Assembly: GCA_000091205.1 (NCBI GenBank)
Contig: AP006491.2
Length of the DNA: 64,000 nucleotides
Source of the DNA: Cyanidioschyzon merolae
Taxonomy: Eukaryota
Strand: one strand, 5' to 3'
Positions within the stretch are counted from its first letter, which is position 1. Each line of letters begins with the position of its first letter. Shown here in pieces: positions 10,701-21,190 of the stretch. The notes beneath the pieces are model-generated. The model worked only from the letters and a program-made list of their open reading frames with translations, was not told the DNA's origin and ran no database searches. The position numbers and the translations under genes are program-made.

Positions 10701-11163
10701 TAGACACGCATCTCGTGCGCCTGCATCGCTTCTTTTCAGCCAGCACTGGACACGCCGACGATCTCGTTGGGGGCACGCACGTGCGCAGACACGCAAATCG
10801 CGCTACCGAACACATTGGCGATTGCTCATTGGCGCGTGAAATCCGGTACGTCGCGAGGATTGCGCTTCGCAGATGATTCAAGTGTTTTTCTAGACTTGGA
10901 GCTTTCGGGTGCGTTGACTCCAAACCGTGAGGGCTCGCTCTGGTACTTTGATTGGCCTTTGGCGTAGTTGTAGTTGAGGGAGACTTGGACTGGCTAGGCG
11001 TTTTGGAGTTTCGAGGGGTGCACTGGCAACTGCGCGCACGCGTGGACTGCAGCAGTCCACGGCGTTTTCAACTTTTCAGAGCAGCCTTGGTGCTACACAC
11101 TGTGTCCGGTGGGTCGAAGGACGCTAGGGACTCGAACCATAGGAAAACGCTGCTGAAGAGTTT

Positions 11164-12543
11164 ATGAGCGGGAGCTGGCAGAGCTGCTCTGATCAGTCAT
11201 CACAGCGTGTGGCGGAGTGGGTTCGGGAGGTGTCACGCCAGCAGTCGACGACTCGGTCGAGCTCCTCGGGAGCACCATGCTCGCGGGTAATGCCCCCACC
11301 GCCGCATCGTCCGTTACCGCGGTGTCGGCGATCTGTCTCGGGCTCGGAGAAAACGCTGGCGCCCAAAAGAACGATGCCGCCGCTGCGCCCAGGTGCACCA
11401 GTGCCACTCGAGCGCGTGGCGATTATCGTGCATGGTGGTGCATGGTCGATACCGAACGACCGCACGGATGCTTCGCTCGTTGGGGTTCGGCGGGCCGCCC
11501 TAGCGGGGCATGCGTTCCTCTTACAACCAGATAATCACCACGCTGCGCTAGACGCCGTCGAGGCCGCTGTTAGGACCATGGAAGACGATCCCGTGTTTGA
11601 CGCCGGCCGTGGATCGGTTCTCAATGAGGATGGACAAATTGAAATGGATGCCGGAATCATGGAGGGACGCTTCCTACGCTACGGTGCTGTGGCCGGCCTC
11701 AGCGGCTGCGTGCGTAATCCGATCTCTGTTGCTCGTGCTGTCATGGAACGCACTGAGCATTGCCTGCTCGTGGGCGCCGGCGCGGATCGTTTTGCGCTGC
11801 ATTGCGCTGCTGAGGGCTTAGTGGAAGCTGTTCAGAATGAGCGTGCCGAGCTGATGACGCCGGAAGCGCTTGCCGAGTGGAAACGTCATCGGCACTTTCG
11901 CTCCGCCGTTCGAGGTTGGTTTGGCGGCAGCTTCTCGACGGTGGCGTCGCGGCATCCGTCAACGAATGGGAGTCTGTCCCGATCGAAAGCCCCCACAAGC
12001 AGAGAAAAAGCGGACTCTGGCAGTCGTTTTCGATCAACAGGCACAGTGGAGCAGAGCCAAGTCGAGCCGTATGCAAACCTGGGCCACGACACGGTCGGTG
12101 CAGTGGCGATCGATAACTTTGGTAATGTTGCGGCCGCGACTTCCACTGGTGGCATTACCTCCAAGATGGTTGGTCGTGTGGGCGACGCGCCACTTATCGG
12201 TTGTGGCTGCTACGGCGATAACGCAATCGGAGCAGTATCGGCGACGGGGCACGGCGAATCCATCATGCGCATCATGCTGGCAGCCCGCGTGTGCTCGCTG
12301 CTGCAGGCAGGCCTGAGTGCTCAAGAAGCTGCTCGCGAAGCGCTTCGCCATATGGACGCCCGCGTCGGAGGCCGTGGCGGCGTTATTGTCGTTACCAAGA
12401 GCGGTGACCTTGGCGTCTCTTTCACCACGGATCGCATGGCCTGGGCCTCGATCAGCGACGGTGTCATGCGCTCAGGCATCGACGAAGATATGAGCGATTG
12501 CCTAGAGAGTCGCTTCAGAAATGACTCGTCATTCTCCCGATAG
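11164..12543 (+). CDS. Isoaspartyl peptidase / L-asparaginase (Ntn-hydrolase, asparaginase-2 / Taspase-like family).
   Basis: 'AIIVHGGAWSIP', 'DAGRGSVLNEDGQIEMDAGIM' and the autoproteolytic nucleophile context 'GHDTVGAVAIDNFGNVAAATSTGGITSKMVGRVGDAPLIGCGCY...AVSATGHGESIMR' are family signatures. A roughly 60-aa Ser-rich insertion precedes the Thr nucleophile. The start is uncertain; in-frame Met codons also occur at 11290 and 11374, and 'MPPLRPGAPVPLERVAIIVHGG' at 11374 gives a more typical N-terminus. Confidence 0.85.
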   Translation: MSGSWQSCSDQSSQRVAEWVREVSRQQSTTRSSSSGAPCSRVMPPPPHRPLPRCRRSVSGSEKTLAPKRTMPPLRPGAPVPLERVAIIVHGGAWSIPNDRTDASLVGVRRAALAGHAFLLQPDNHHAALDAVEAAVRTMEDDPVFDAGRGSVLNEDGQIEMDAGIMEGRFLRYGAVAGLSGCVRNPISVARAVMERTEHCLLVGAGADRFALHCAAEGLVEAVQNERAELMTPEALAEWKRHRHFRSAVRGWFGGSFSTVASRHPSTNGSLSRSKAPTSREKADSGSRFRSTGTVEQSQVEPYANLGHDTVGAVAIDNFGNVAAATSTGGITSKMVGRVGDAPLIGCGCYGDNAIGAVSATGHGESIMRIMLAARVCSLLQAGLSAQEAAREALRHMDARVGGRGGVIVVTKSGDLGVSFTTDRMAWASISDGVMRSGIDEDMSDCLESRFRNDSSFSR

Positions 12544-15500
12544 CATACGTTTTTGAATCGCAAGTCTGCGAGGCTCGTTGACAGACCGCCTCGTGAGGAC
12601 AACGAAGACTCGCTACTGTTGCATGACAAGAAGGGGCTGACGTCGCCGCGGGCGAGCACATCAACGCGGGCCTGAGAAGGCTGCGCGTTTTTGAGCCGCC
12701 TGCTGCCACAGCTGCCGAGCAGCAGCTTGCTAATATGATCAGGTGTACACTCATGCGGAATTAAACTGAAAGATTGAATCGCTCACGCTTTTCGTTTCTT
12801 GAGGTTCTTCATCGAAACTTCTTAGATACACGTACACGACGCTCGAAACGCAACAATAGAGGCTCATGGACTCATACCTACTTTTCCGCCTCTGGATCGT
12901 ATTTTCGGAGTGCCTCCTTCGGCGCTCTACCGCTGGTATTCGTGACGTTCCCCTGATCAAGAACATTCGCAACACCCATGAGCAATGGCTTGGAAAATGC
13001 AGGATATCCTTATCCAAACGCATACGTACAAGCATCCGTGGTTCTTCTTTCCTCATGAGTTGCACGTTCAAATCACGCATCCATCAAGTTTTCAATTTTC
13101 ATGTTTCATGGAAACTTTTCTTTGCTGCAATCCGCACTGCTGGATCGAAGAAGAAAAAAAGCTCGACTTGATTTTGTGACGAATTGCGTACAAGCTCATG
13201 CCTAATGTTCACAGAAATTATTTACGCCAATCGATAGATTCCCTTCGTGAGACAAGTCATCCTCTTTTGGCTAACATCGACGACGCTGCATTCCACAGCT
13301 GCATGAGGCCTCGCCCGAGATACACTCCCAGACGCACCCCGCTTGTCTGATTCAACGCGCGCGGGTAGTGGACTTGGACTTTACGCAACGCAGGATTCGC
13401 TTTCGATGGAGAATGCGTCATCGCTTTACACGAAGCGCTCGTAGACGGATCAACCATTCCGGCACTAATCTCGAGCCCGAATCTTCATCCCGGAACTTGC
13501 TCATCCTGGACGACATCGCGTTCCACTAATCCTCTGTTGAACGGAATTGCTTGCGCATCCGCGTGCAGCTTTTAGAGTACGAACCGCTAAGACCACCACG
13601 AGAAGAGGCCCGAAGTCCGAGGGTACTAGAGTGGTTGCGGCAGCGGAGCCGGCCACCAAATGGAGCCCTTTGTACCCGTCAAATGCTTGCACCAAGCGTT
13701 GAAGAAAGCTTGAACGCGGCACAGGGCTTCCCTCGGGGCAGGAGCTTCTGTAGACACATCGAAATACCTGACCATCGTCAAATTTCAGCGCTGCGACGGG
13801 CGCCCAGAGGTTCTGTATAAATAAGACAAAATCGGTATACGAAGCGTAGATGGTAGCCTTCGCCTGGGCATCAATTGTGTCGACAATAGCTGGAAACAGT
13901 GAGGTCGTGACTTGAACGCTGCAACCAGCATCCTTCGACTGCGAACTACGAAGCTGAAGGCGAAGGACAGACCGTCGTGCTTAGCATGGGAGGTAATGGA
14001 GATGAAAATGAACCAATGGCAGAGAAAGCCCGTATAGGCTGGTGCTTCTCGTAGCCGCAACTGACGCATACGTTCGCGTGGACACCCACGTTCTTCGATA
14101 CAGTTCATTTGACTCGAACAGGGTGTCGGAGCGATAGCGATACCCCATTCCTACCCGCGAGTGGCATTTCCGACGCTTCGCCGATGGTACTGATGTGCCC
14201 GAGGGAGCAACGCCTTCTGGGCACGAGCCATCGTAATGCTTGGCCCAGTGAATTCAGCAACAACGGGAAGAGCGCAACTTTTTTCTCTTCTCTTTTCCCA
14301 GAAGCATTCAATCGAAAGAGTGCAGGGCGTAAATGGGCGAAAAGTTTCCGGAAGAACTCATGTTGTCCCTGCTAGCGCTAGTGAAAAGGCACGTATTTAC
14401 GAGCCAGACATTCTAAGATCAGCGAGTCGATGAATGTACTTTCTTATGGTCTCGCTTACGAACCTCGCGCATCCAAAACAGAAACTATTTTACGCTACCT
14501 ACACAAGTTTATCCTCGTCACCTCATTCCAATTTGTGCATTCTCTTAGAAACGCTATCAAACAAGACGCAGCATGTGCAGTGCCCGTACCGTTCATACGA
14601 ACGGTGGTAAAGGGAGACGAATGGACATCGAACGAAGCACGTTCCGATGGGAGACTGTTGCGCGTTGCAAAACACATGATGTATTTCGTACTAAAAAACG
14701 CGAATGCTCATCACGGGATCCACGGATGCTCGTCTCACTTGATGTGACCAAATTCGCGTACAATTGCTGACCTGTATCGTGTGTGATCTGAAAGAAGGGC
14801 AGAATCGCCGTTCGCAAAGAAGAGAACAGCGATCAGTCGAGCAACATCAGCTCAGGGCGCGAGTCCGTTACGTGATCGCCAATATACCGAACAAGACGAA
14901 GAGCATCGTTTGACACTTCACGCTCCGTCCAAGCTCTTCGAGTATTCTGTGTCCCATTTTACTGTGTCCTGCTATGAGATAACGTGGATTTCCAGCACTC
15001 TGAATCAGGTACGGATGATGCCTCTGCGATTGGCAGCGAGCCGTCCTTCGCGGCAACTTGTTCTGACCGCTTGAATCCAAATGAATGCGTTGTCTCTGCT
15101 GTTCAATTCCATATGAACCCTCGTCGACGCATAAATGAGTCGTGCACATCAACGGCACCGAATCTGCTCGAAACTCCGCGCTCTAACTTCACTAGCGCTC
15201 CACTGCTGAGGCTTGCTTCAGCTCATCAGCGCGTGGAGGCAAAAAAGCGTGATTTGCTTCGTTGGCGTATACGCGACGGAGAAACTAACGAAATGGAACT
15301 CAGGGAACGGCGCGTGCACAGATAGCAAAGGAGAGTTTCATTGCTACCGCCAACCTGGTGCGTCTGAAGCCTGCGAAAAAGCAACAGTGGACAATGGCCG
15401 CTCCATTCATGCCACATCGCCAGGTAGAAGAAAAGGCAGACAGAGCAGAGGAGAGCCTTCTCGGACATGTAAGAGGAGGGTCCTAACGAACAGGCGACCA

Positions 15501-17309
15501 AGGAGGACTTGGGGCAAAAGCTGTCGGAGCGGAAACATCTTTCAGGAACCATCGTCAAGGCCTCCGTCCTACAAATTACCATCAGGAATAATCTCCCACA
15601 CAACGAAATGCTCAACATCGTTCCCGATCGCGTGGCTTCCGTCTCGACGCAAGGTAAACCCAGTTTCCCGCTCCACGATGCATGTCGCCGAGCAGGTATT
15701 CGTACCAGTCTCGGACGCAGAGCTGCCAGCAGCCGGGATTCCTCAGGAGCTTTTCGATCTCGGCTTTGTGCCATAACACAATGGATGCTCGGGACGGAAG
15801 ACGCAGTGCGGTCCGAGTACAGGATCAGGGATATACGCACACGCACACACACACATTACCCAGACTTGGTTGACGCTTCACTGCACAATGTTGACGATCG
15901 GAACATCTGCACTGCAGGCGACCATAACACTATCAAACCGACCACTGCAATCAAGTCCATACGCCTGCCAAATGACGAGCGCTCCATGCAGCGCACCCTG
16001 TAGGCGTTCCATTCTCACGCTGGCGGCCCCGGTGAGTTGGTACTGACACCAAAAAAGAATCTTCGCCTCTGCGCATACACGAGCGTCCATATCGCCCAGG
16101 CGGACAATCCGTGGCACGAATCCATGCGACAGTGCTGGTGCTGCCAAAAGATTCCATTCGACGGAAGCAGGTCTCTTGCATTCACCAACTTGTCCAATGC
16201 ACTGAAAAGATAAGTGACCGAAAAGCCGTTTTGTTTTCCGGTGGTAACCCGCGTCGCTGGACGTTCTGTGGCGAGCCATGGAGACGCCCATGTCCCTTCG
16301 ACGAACGCACGCCGCAAGTGCATTGCTCCATGCCGAACGAATCCCATCGATGCATCCAGGGCGCCATCCAGGTATGTTGAGCACGGGCGCACATGCACGT
16401 AGCTACAGAAGAAGGGCTTGAAACACATCCAGATGAACGAGGTGGCGTGCGTCTCGCTGACTTGACGGAGATACGGATGCCTCGATGGGCATCCGAAAAG
16501 GACCCCTGCGATTCGGGAGCGTCCATCGTTTCTTTTTTTCTGCCGGAGGATCTTTCCAGTTGATCTATTGACGACGCAGTGCGCCGTTATTCGGCAGAGC
16601 GGAATGCTTCTGATCCAAAGAAATCAATGCCAAAGATACAACGCATTTGATTCCGGTCTGGAGCAATGCACTGATATTGTATGAGCTGCAACCCAGTAGC
16701 GTTTAAGCGCCGTTCGTACACATACATACCATGAACGATTCGCCAGCGCAACTGGCGAACGATCATGGAGCACCTGTATTCCATACAACTGAGATTAGCT
16801 GCATGCTCGCAGCGCAATCGAAACGATCGACGAGCAGTTCATGGAACTCAGTCCGCCGAACCCGGCGGCATGGATGGAACAAGTACCACGAGGGCGCTAT
16901 CCCGACGTAAGAGCACCGTTGCCGTCTTTTCTGCGGAACGCGCTGCAAGGAAAGCAGGTGCGCCTGGTAAACAACGCCAGCGCGGCCGCTCCGTGCCCGG
17001 GCGACCATACTGCTGGGCAGGCGACGCGCGCCCCCCGACCGGAAATTGGATGATCGCGCCTCCTGCCTGACCTCGGCAGGCAGTCGACTCCTGCACTTGG
17101 TACTGGCAACTGGACAACCCGTTTTTGTTCTTCGGCCGGTAAAGCGCTTCTGTCGTCCGTGGGAACGCAAAGCAGTCGTGCTTGCGGTTGCGTACTGAAG
17201 CGGCAACGCCGAAGCAGTGCGTGCAGAACACGCACCGTCAGCCTGGCACTGCCTCTTACCGGGGACTCGCGAACGCGGCAACCAATAGCGTTCGTATTTC
17301 CTAGAAAGG

Positions 17310-18434
17310 GTGAAAACCTTGTCCATGCAAACGCCAAAAGGACACGTACTCGCAAAACTATGGTTCGGGTTGCGTTGTTGGCGACTGTCGCGAACGTCAA
17401 ACAGCGTGCTGCCAGAAACACGACAACGGCAGTGGCGGTGGCGGTGGCGGTACGGACTTCACTCCAGAGGCGCCCACGACGCTTCCCCGCGGACCTCCGT
17501 CGATCGCGAACAGGTTAAACGCTTTGCAGAACAAGCGCGGGACTGGTGGAACCCAACTGGACCTGCTGGCATGCTCCAGCGAATGAACCCAGCCCGTATC
17601 GAGTTCATCAAAGAGGCAGTAGCTGGGGCGCTCGATATCACGCATGCGCCCATTGGCGATGACACGCATCCAGGGACAGCAACGCGATCCAGCTTCAGGT
17701 CCAGTGCCCGTAGCGCTGGAAGCGGGTGCGACACGCACCACTGGGCCCGCCTACGTGTCCTCGATGTTGGATGCGGGGCGGGCCTGCTGAGCGAGGCACT
17801 CGCCGCGCTCGGTGCACACGTCACTGCGATCGACGCTGCCGCAGAGGCGATCGCCATCGCCCAGCAACGCCAGGCGGCGATGGCGGCGCTTTCATCGATG
17901 ACGTCGTCGACGAGCGGCATGGCGACGATGCGTGCGTCCCGCGCACGCTGCCTGGCGGAGCGTCTCGCGTACCGGTGCGCATCGATTGAGGAGTTGCTGG
18001 CGGAGCGGGGCAACGCCGCATCCTTCGATGTTGTTACCGCGTTGGAGGTGCTCGAGCACGTCCAGAATCCGCTGGTATTTCTGGGAAATCTTGTACAGAT
18101 GCTGAAACCTGGTGGGGTGCTTGTGATCAGCACGCTGGATCGATCCATCGCGTCTTTCGTAGTGGCGATTCTCATGGCTGAACGGGTGCTAGGCCTCGTA
18201 CCGCGCGGTACGCATGATTGGAGCCGGTTTATTCAACCGGAAGAGCTGACGGAGGCGCTCTTGACGCTTGGGCGGTCAGCTGGTACGGGTTCAGAGGTGG
18301 CGTGTCGGGGGTCACGGCACTCGATGGAGATTTGTCGGGTCGCTGGCCTCGTGTGGAATCCCTTGTCCGGGGGTTTTGCACGAACCCGCTGGACAGATGT
18401 AAACTATATCTTGGCAGCGCGGAAGAGGCGATGA
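17310..18434 (+). CDS. COQ3: Ubiquinone biosynthesis O-methyltransferase (UbiG/COQ3-like class I SAM-dependent methyltransferase) with an Arg-rich presequence-like N-terminus.
   Basis: 'RMNPARIEFIKEAV', SAM motif I 'VLDVGCGAGLLSEALAALGAHVTAIDAAAEAIAIA', and post-I/II 'FDVVTALEVLEHVQNPLVFLGNLVQMLKPGGVLVISTLDRS' are the UbiG/COQ3 pattern. The N-terminal 60 aa are R/W-rich, a possible mitochondrial targeting sequence. There is one Ala/Ser/Thr-rich insertion. Confidence 0.8.
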   Translation: MKTLSMQTPKGHVLAKLWFGLRCWRLSRTSNSVLPETRQRQWRWRWRYGLHSRGAHDASPRTSVDREQVKRFAEQARDWWNPTGPAGMLQRMNPARIEFIKEAVAGALDITHAPIGDDTHPGTATRSSFRSSARSAGSGCDTHHWARLRVLDVGCGAGLLSEALAALGAHVTAIDAAAEAIAIAQQRQAAMAALSSMTSSTSGMATMRASRARCLAERLAYRCASIEELLAERGNAASFDVVTALEVLEHVQNPLVFLGNLVQMLKPGGVLVISTLDRSIASFVVAILMAERVLGLVPRGTHDWSRFIQPEELTEALLTLGRSAGTGSEVACRGSRHSMEICRVAGLVWNPLSGGFARTRWTDVNYILAARKRR

Positions 18435-19803
18435 AAAGAATCCTGGTCGTCGGAGAGGTAGACGCGCGGCGTTTCAGGCGACTGAGGAGGAAGGATGGAT
18501 TGGAAGCGCATGCGTGCATGCATAACGATTGCAGGCTGGTGGACTGAACTAGGATTGCTCGCGAGACGGCATTCACGTTGACAGGGATTCACTGGAGCAG
18601 GTAACCGGCTGCGACGTCAAGATGCTTCTGGGTGTTTCGCGGTTCGCGCCTGCAAACCGCGCGGCAGCGGGTCCCCTGCGATGGCTGTCGTCCCAGGAGT
18701 GCTGACGACGACGACGACGACAGTCCTGGTGTCAGATGGCGCTGAAGCGATGGTGCACGCAAATGCTTGTGAAGGACCTGAGCTATTTACGTCAGCAAGC
18801 AGCTGGTTACTAATTGTTATGCACCAGAGGTGCTTCGCGTCTCCCTCGGACACACGGAAGAGTGCGAGTGAACCTGGCCGATGGCGAACGTCCCGTGAAA
18901 CGCTACGAAAATGCGTCCCGCAATTGCATTGATGATAACGCGACGGCTAGTCCATCTACTTGGCTATGTTCATTGGTCTAGGTGCTCGTCTGCTCGCCTG
19001 CCTGCCTCGTGTCGCGGACCCAGGGCCTTGCCGAGTACCGTGACGCTTGCAGCAATGATGATCTGACAAGGATCGGTGTAAAGCTTCGGCTACCGAATTC
19101 TAGCGTTTCAGCACAAGGGATTCGCTTGACGCCACAAGTGTCAGCTTCGAAAGACACGTTGCACGAGCACACGTACCACATGGTGCTGGTCGGGAGCCGG
19201 CGCTGCCAGCACACTGCGGAAATCGTATCGGATCGAGCACATGAATGTGCCGCTTGCCGGGACGCAGGAAACGATTCTGAATGCACGAGCACGAGTGCAC
19301 GACTCGGACGCGACAAACGAGTCGCCCGGACGTCCTGACACAGAAGATAGAATCTGCTCCCTATTTCCCTTCGCGTCTGCACAACGTCGTGAGGTTCCAG
19401 GCGGAACGCACACCCCGTTGAAGCAGCACACAGCAGCGGTGACGTCTCTGTTGCGCACCTCGATGGTCACGTTCGATACCAATGACCTGGGCGTTGCATT
19501 TGGCCTCGAAAGCTCGACAGCAGCGACCTGGTGTGAAACACCCAGGCTGTCCGGCAAGCAATCCTATGTTGAGTTCATTGCATGCCACGCTGCTGAACGA
19601 TGGCCTGGATGAGTAGCCGCGGCACGGAGGAAGCGCGGTTGCAGCGGCATGACGGCTTCTGGTCATGGAGCTGGCGCCAGGGGCATTCCTCGGCACTCGT
19701 CAGGATCATAGCATGTTTGCCGTTGCCACGCTTTTTGGCGCAGCATACGCCCCTAGTCCCAGCACCATCATCATCGTCATCATCAGCCGTGATTGATACC
19801 CGC

Positions 19804-20616
19804 TCACAGCGTCTGCATCGATTCCGTATCAGCTTGCGACACTGCCTCTATCAGCTGCCGAACAAGTCGTCGCGCTTCCGTTGGACTTGAACGAATGCCG
19901 CGCTGGATCGCGTGTCGAACGAGAATCGTTGTCCGAGTCGTGCGGCCCTTAACCCATACGATTCCATTCATGCCGATAGCCAGTTCGAACACGAGCTGTT
20001 TCCCTAGCTGCTGCAGAACCGGCGCGTCTTGCCGAATCATCTGCCGTGCTGCCGCCAGTGATATTCTAAACAGCGTTCCTCCTGCTAGTCTACCGAAGAT
20101 CGCTTCACCACTGGTCCAGCTTTTTGCACTACCAGGCGCCTGGCAGCTGAGCTCGGTCTCGGCGAATCGTTGCGGGGTAGGCACCTGCGTGACACGCGCA
20201 TAGACAACGTGCCCTGGAGCCAGGTGTGGACGGTTGCGTTTGGTTGCGCCCTCAAAAGCGAGGAGTGGTAGAAGCGCGGGCGTTGCTGCGCCAATCGCAA
20301 CCCGATAGTGGTCGCCCCCGACCCGATCGACCACAACCCCAACAACAACATCGTTCACGTACGGAATGTACCGCCGCTGGTTTGACTCGACGTGCATTCG
20401 CGGAGCGTAGCGCAGTCTGCCTGTACGAGTCGCGATCAACTGACTTGGACGGTTCCAGTCGGGGAGCGCAGTGATGCCGGGCCCCACCCGCAACGGCACC
20501 AGGTTTGCGGGCAGCTGTGCTCGAGCGTCTGCAAGTACAGTGTCTCCCGGGAGTACCAAGGAAGACTCAGGTCTGAGAACCCGAGAAAAAGACTCGGAGT
20601 CGGTTCTCTCACTCAT
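19804..20616 (-). CDS. RRP40: Exosome complex component RRP40 (EXOSC3-like; N-terminal domain + S1 + KH).
   Basis: 'LVLPGDTVL' (N-terminal beta), 'YIPYVNDVVVGVVVDRVGGDHYRVAIGAATPALLPLLAFEGATKRNRPHLAPGHVVYARV' (S1 domain with the FEGATKxNRP box) and 'ELAIGMNGIVWVKG' (KH GxNG loop). Length 270 aa is typical. Confidence 0.8.
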   Translation of the reverse strand: MSERTDSESFSRVLRPESSLVLPGDTVLADARAQLPANLVPLRVGPGITALPDWNRPSQLIATRTGRLRYAPRMHVESNQRRYIPYVNDVVVGVVVDRVGGDHYRVAIGAATPALLPLLAFEGATKRNRPHLAPGHVVYARVTQVPTPQRFAETELSCQAPGSAKSWTSGEAIFGRLAGGTLFRISLAAARQMIRQDAPVLQQLGKQLVFELAIGMNGIVWVKGRTTRTTILVRHAIQRGIRSSPTEARRLVRQLIEAVSQADTESMQTL

Positions 20617-21190
20617 GATCAGATCGTGGGGATGCGTTGCGCTCCCATGGAATGCCTAGTTCGGCACAAAGTATCCGTCCAAGGCGTAGCTGACGTTGAA
20701 CGCCCCCGCTGTGACGGCGGCGTTTCGCCCGTGCGCTCTCCGGATGCCGCTCGATAGCGCTGGTGCTGGTGCTGCTGGTGCGCTTTCCCATAACCAGGAT
20801 CGATGGATAATTTGATATAATGTGGATTGTGGTTACCTGTGTACGTACGCTACCGTATGTCTGGTTCGTTCATTGTATGCATAGGCACGCGCACACACAC
20901 ACACACACCTTGATCCATGAGTGACTCTGTATCGTTTTATCCTCGAGTCTGCCTGTAAGATTACCGAGCGTTCAGTGCATATTCCAGAAACCTCGTTTAC
21001 AGAGGACACGTACGCGCACTAGATGCACATCGAAGCATCCTGGTCGTGGATCGATTACGTCCCAGACTCCTGAAAACAGCACCGAGAGGGATTCCCGCTC
21101 ATTCGTATGCGCAAACCTAGCGCATGTGTCCTGCTTCCGAGCACGTGTCGCCAATCGCTTCCAGGAATGAGGTTGCGCGCTACATGGCAC

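Noticed and set aside
11100-11145. tRNA-like T-arm box 'gggactcgaacc' (minus strand) near 11.12 kb, and 'agttcgagtcc' at about 34968
   Set aside because: Attempted cloverleaf folding: the T-stem pairs poorly and no complementary acceptor 5' arm exists about 70 nt upstream. I cannot support a tRNA gene. The second match lies inside the duplicated block and may be a SINE-like relic at most.
15226-16428. Several 150-210-aa ORFs on both strands in the low-GC block (15226..15852 -, 15213..15776 +, 15878..16384 -, 16015..16428 -)
   Set aside because: They overlap one another in conflicting frames and strands, and have weak codon bias and no recognisable domains. Insufficient evidence to call any as CDS.
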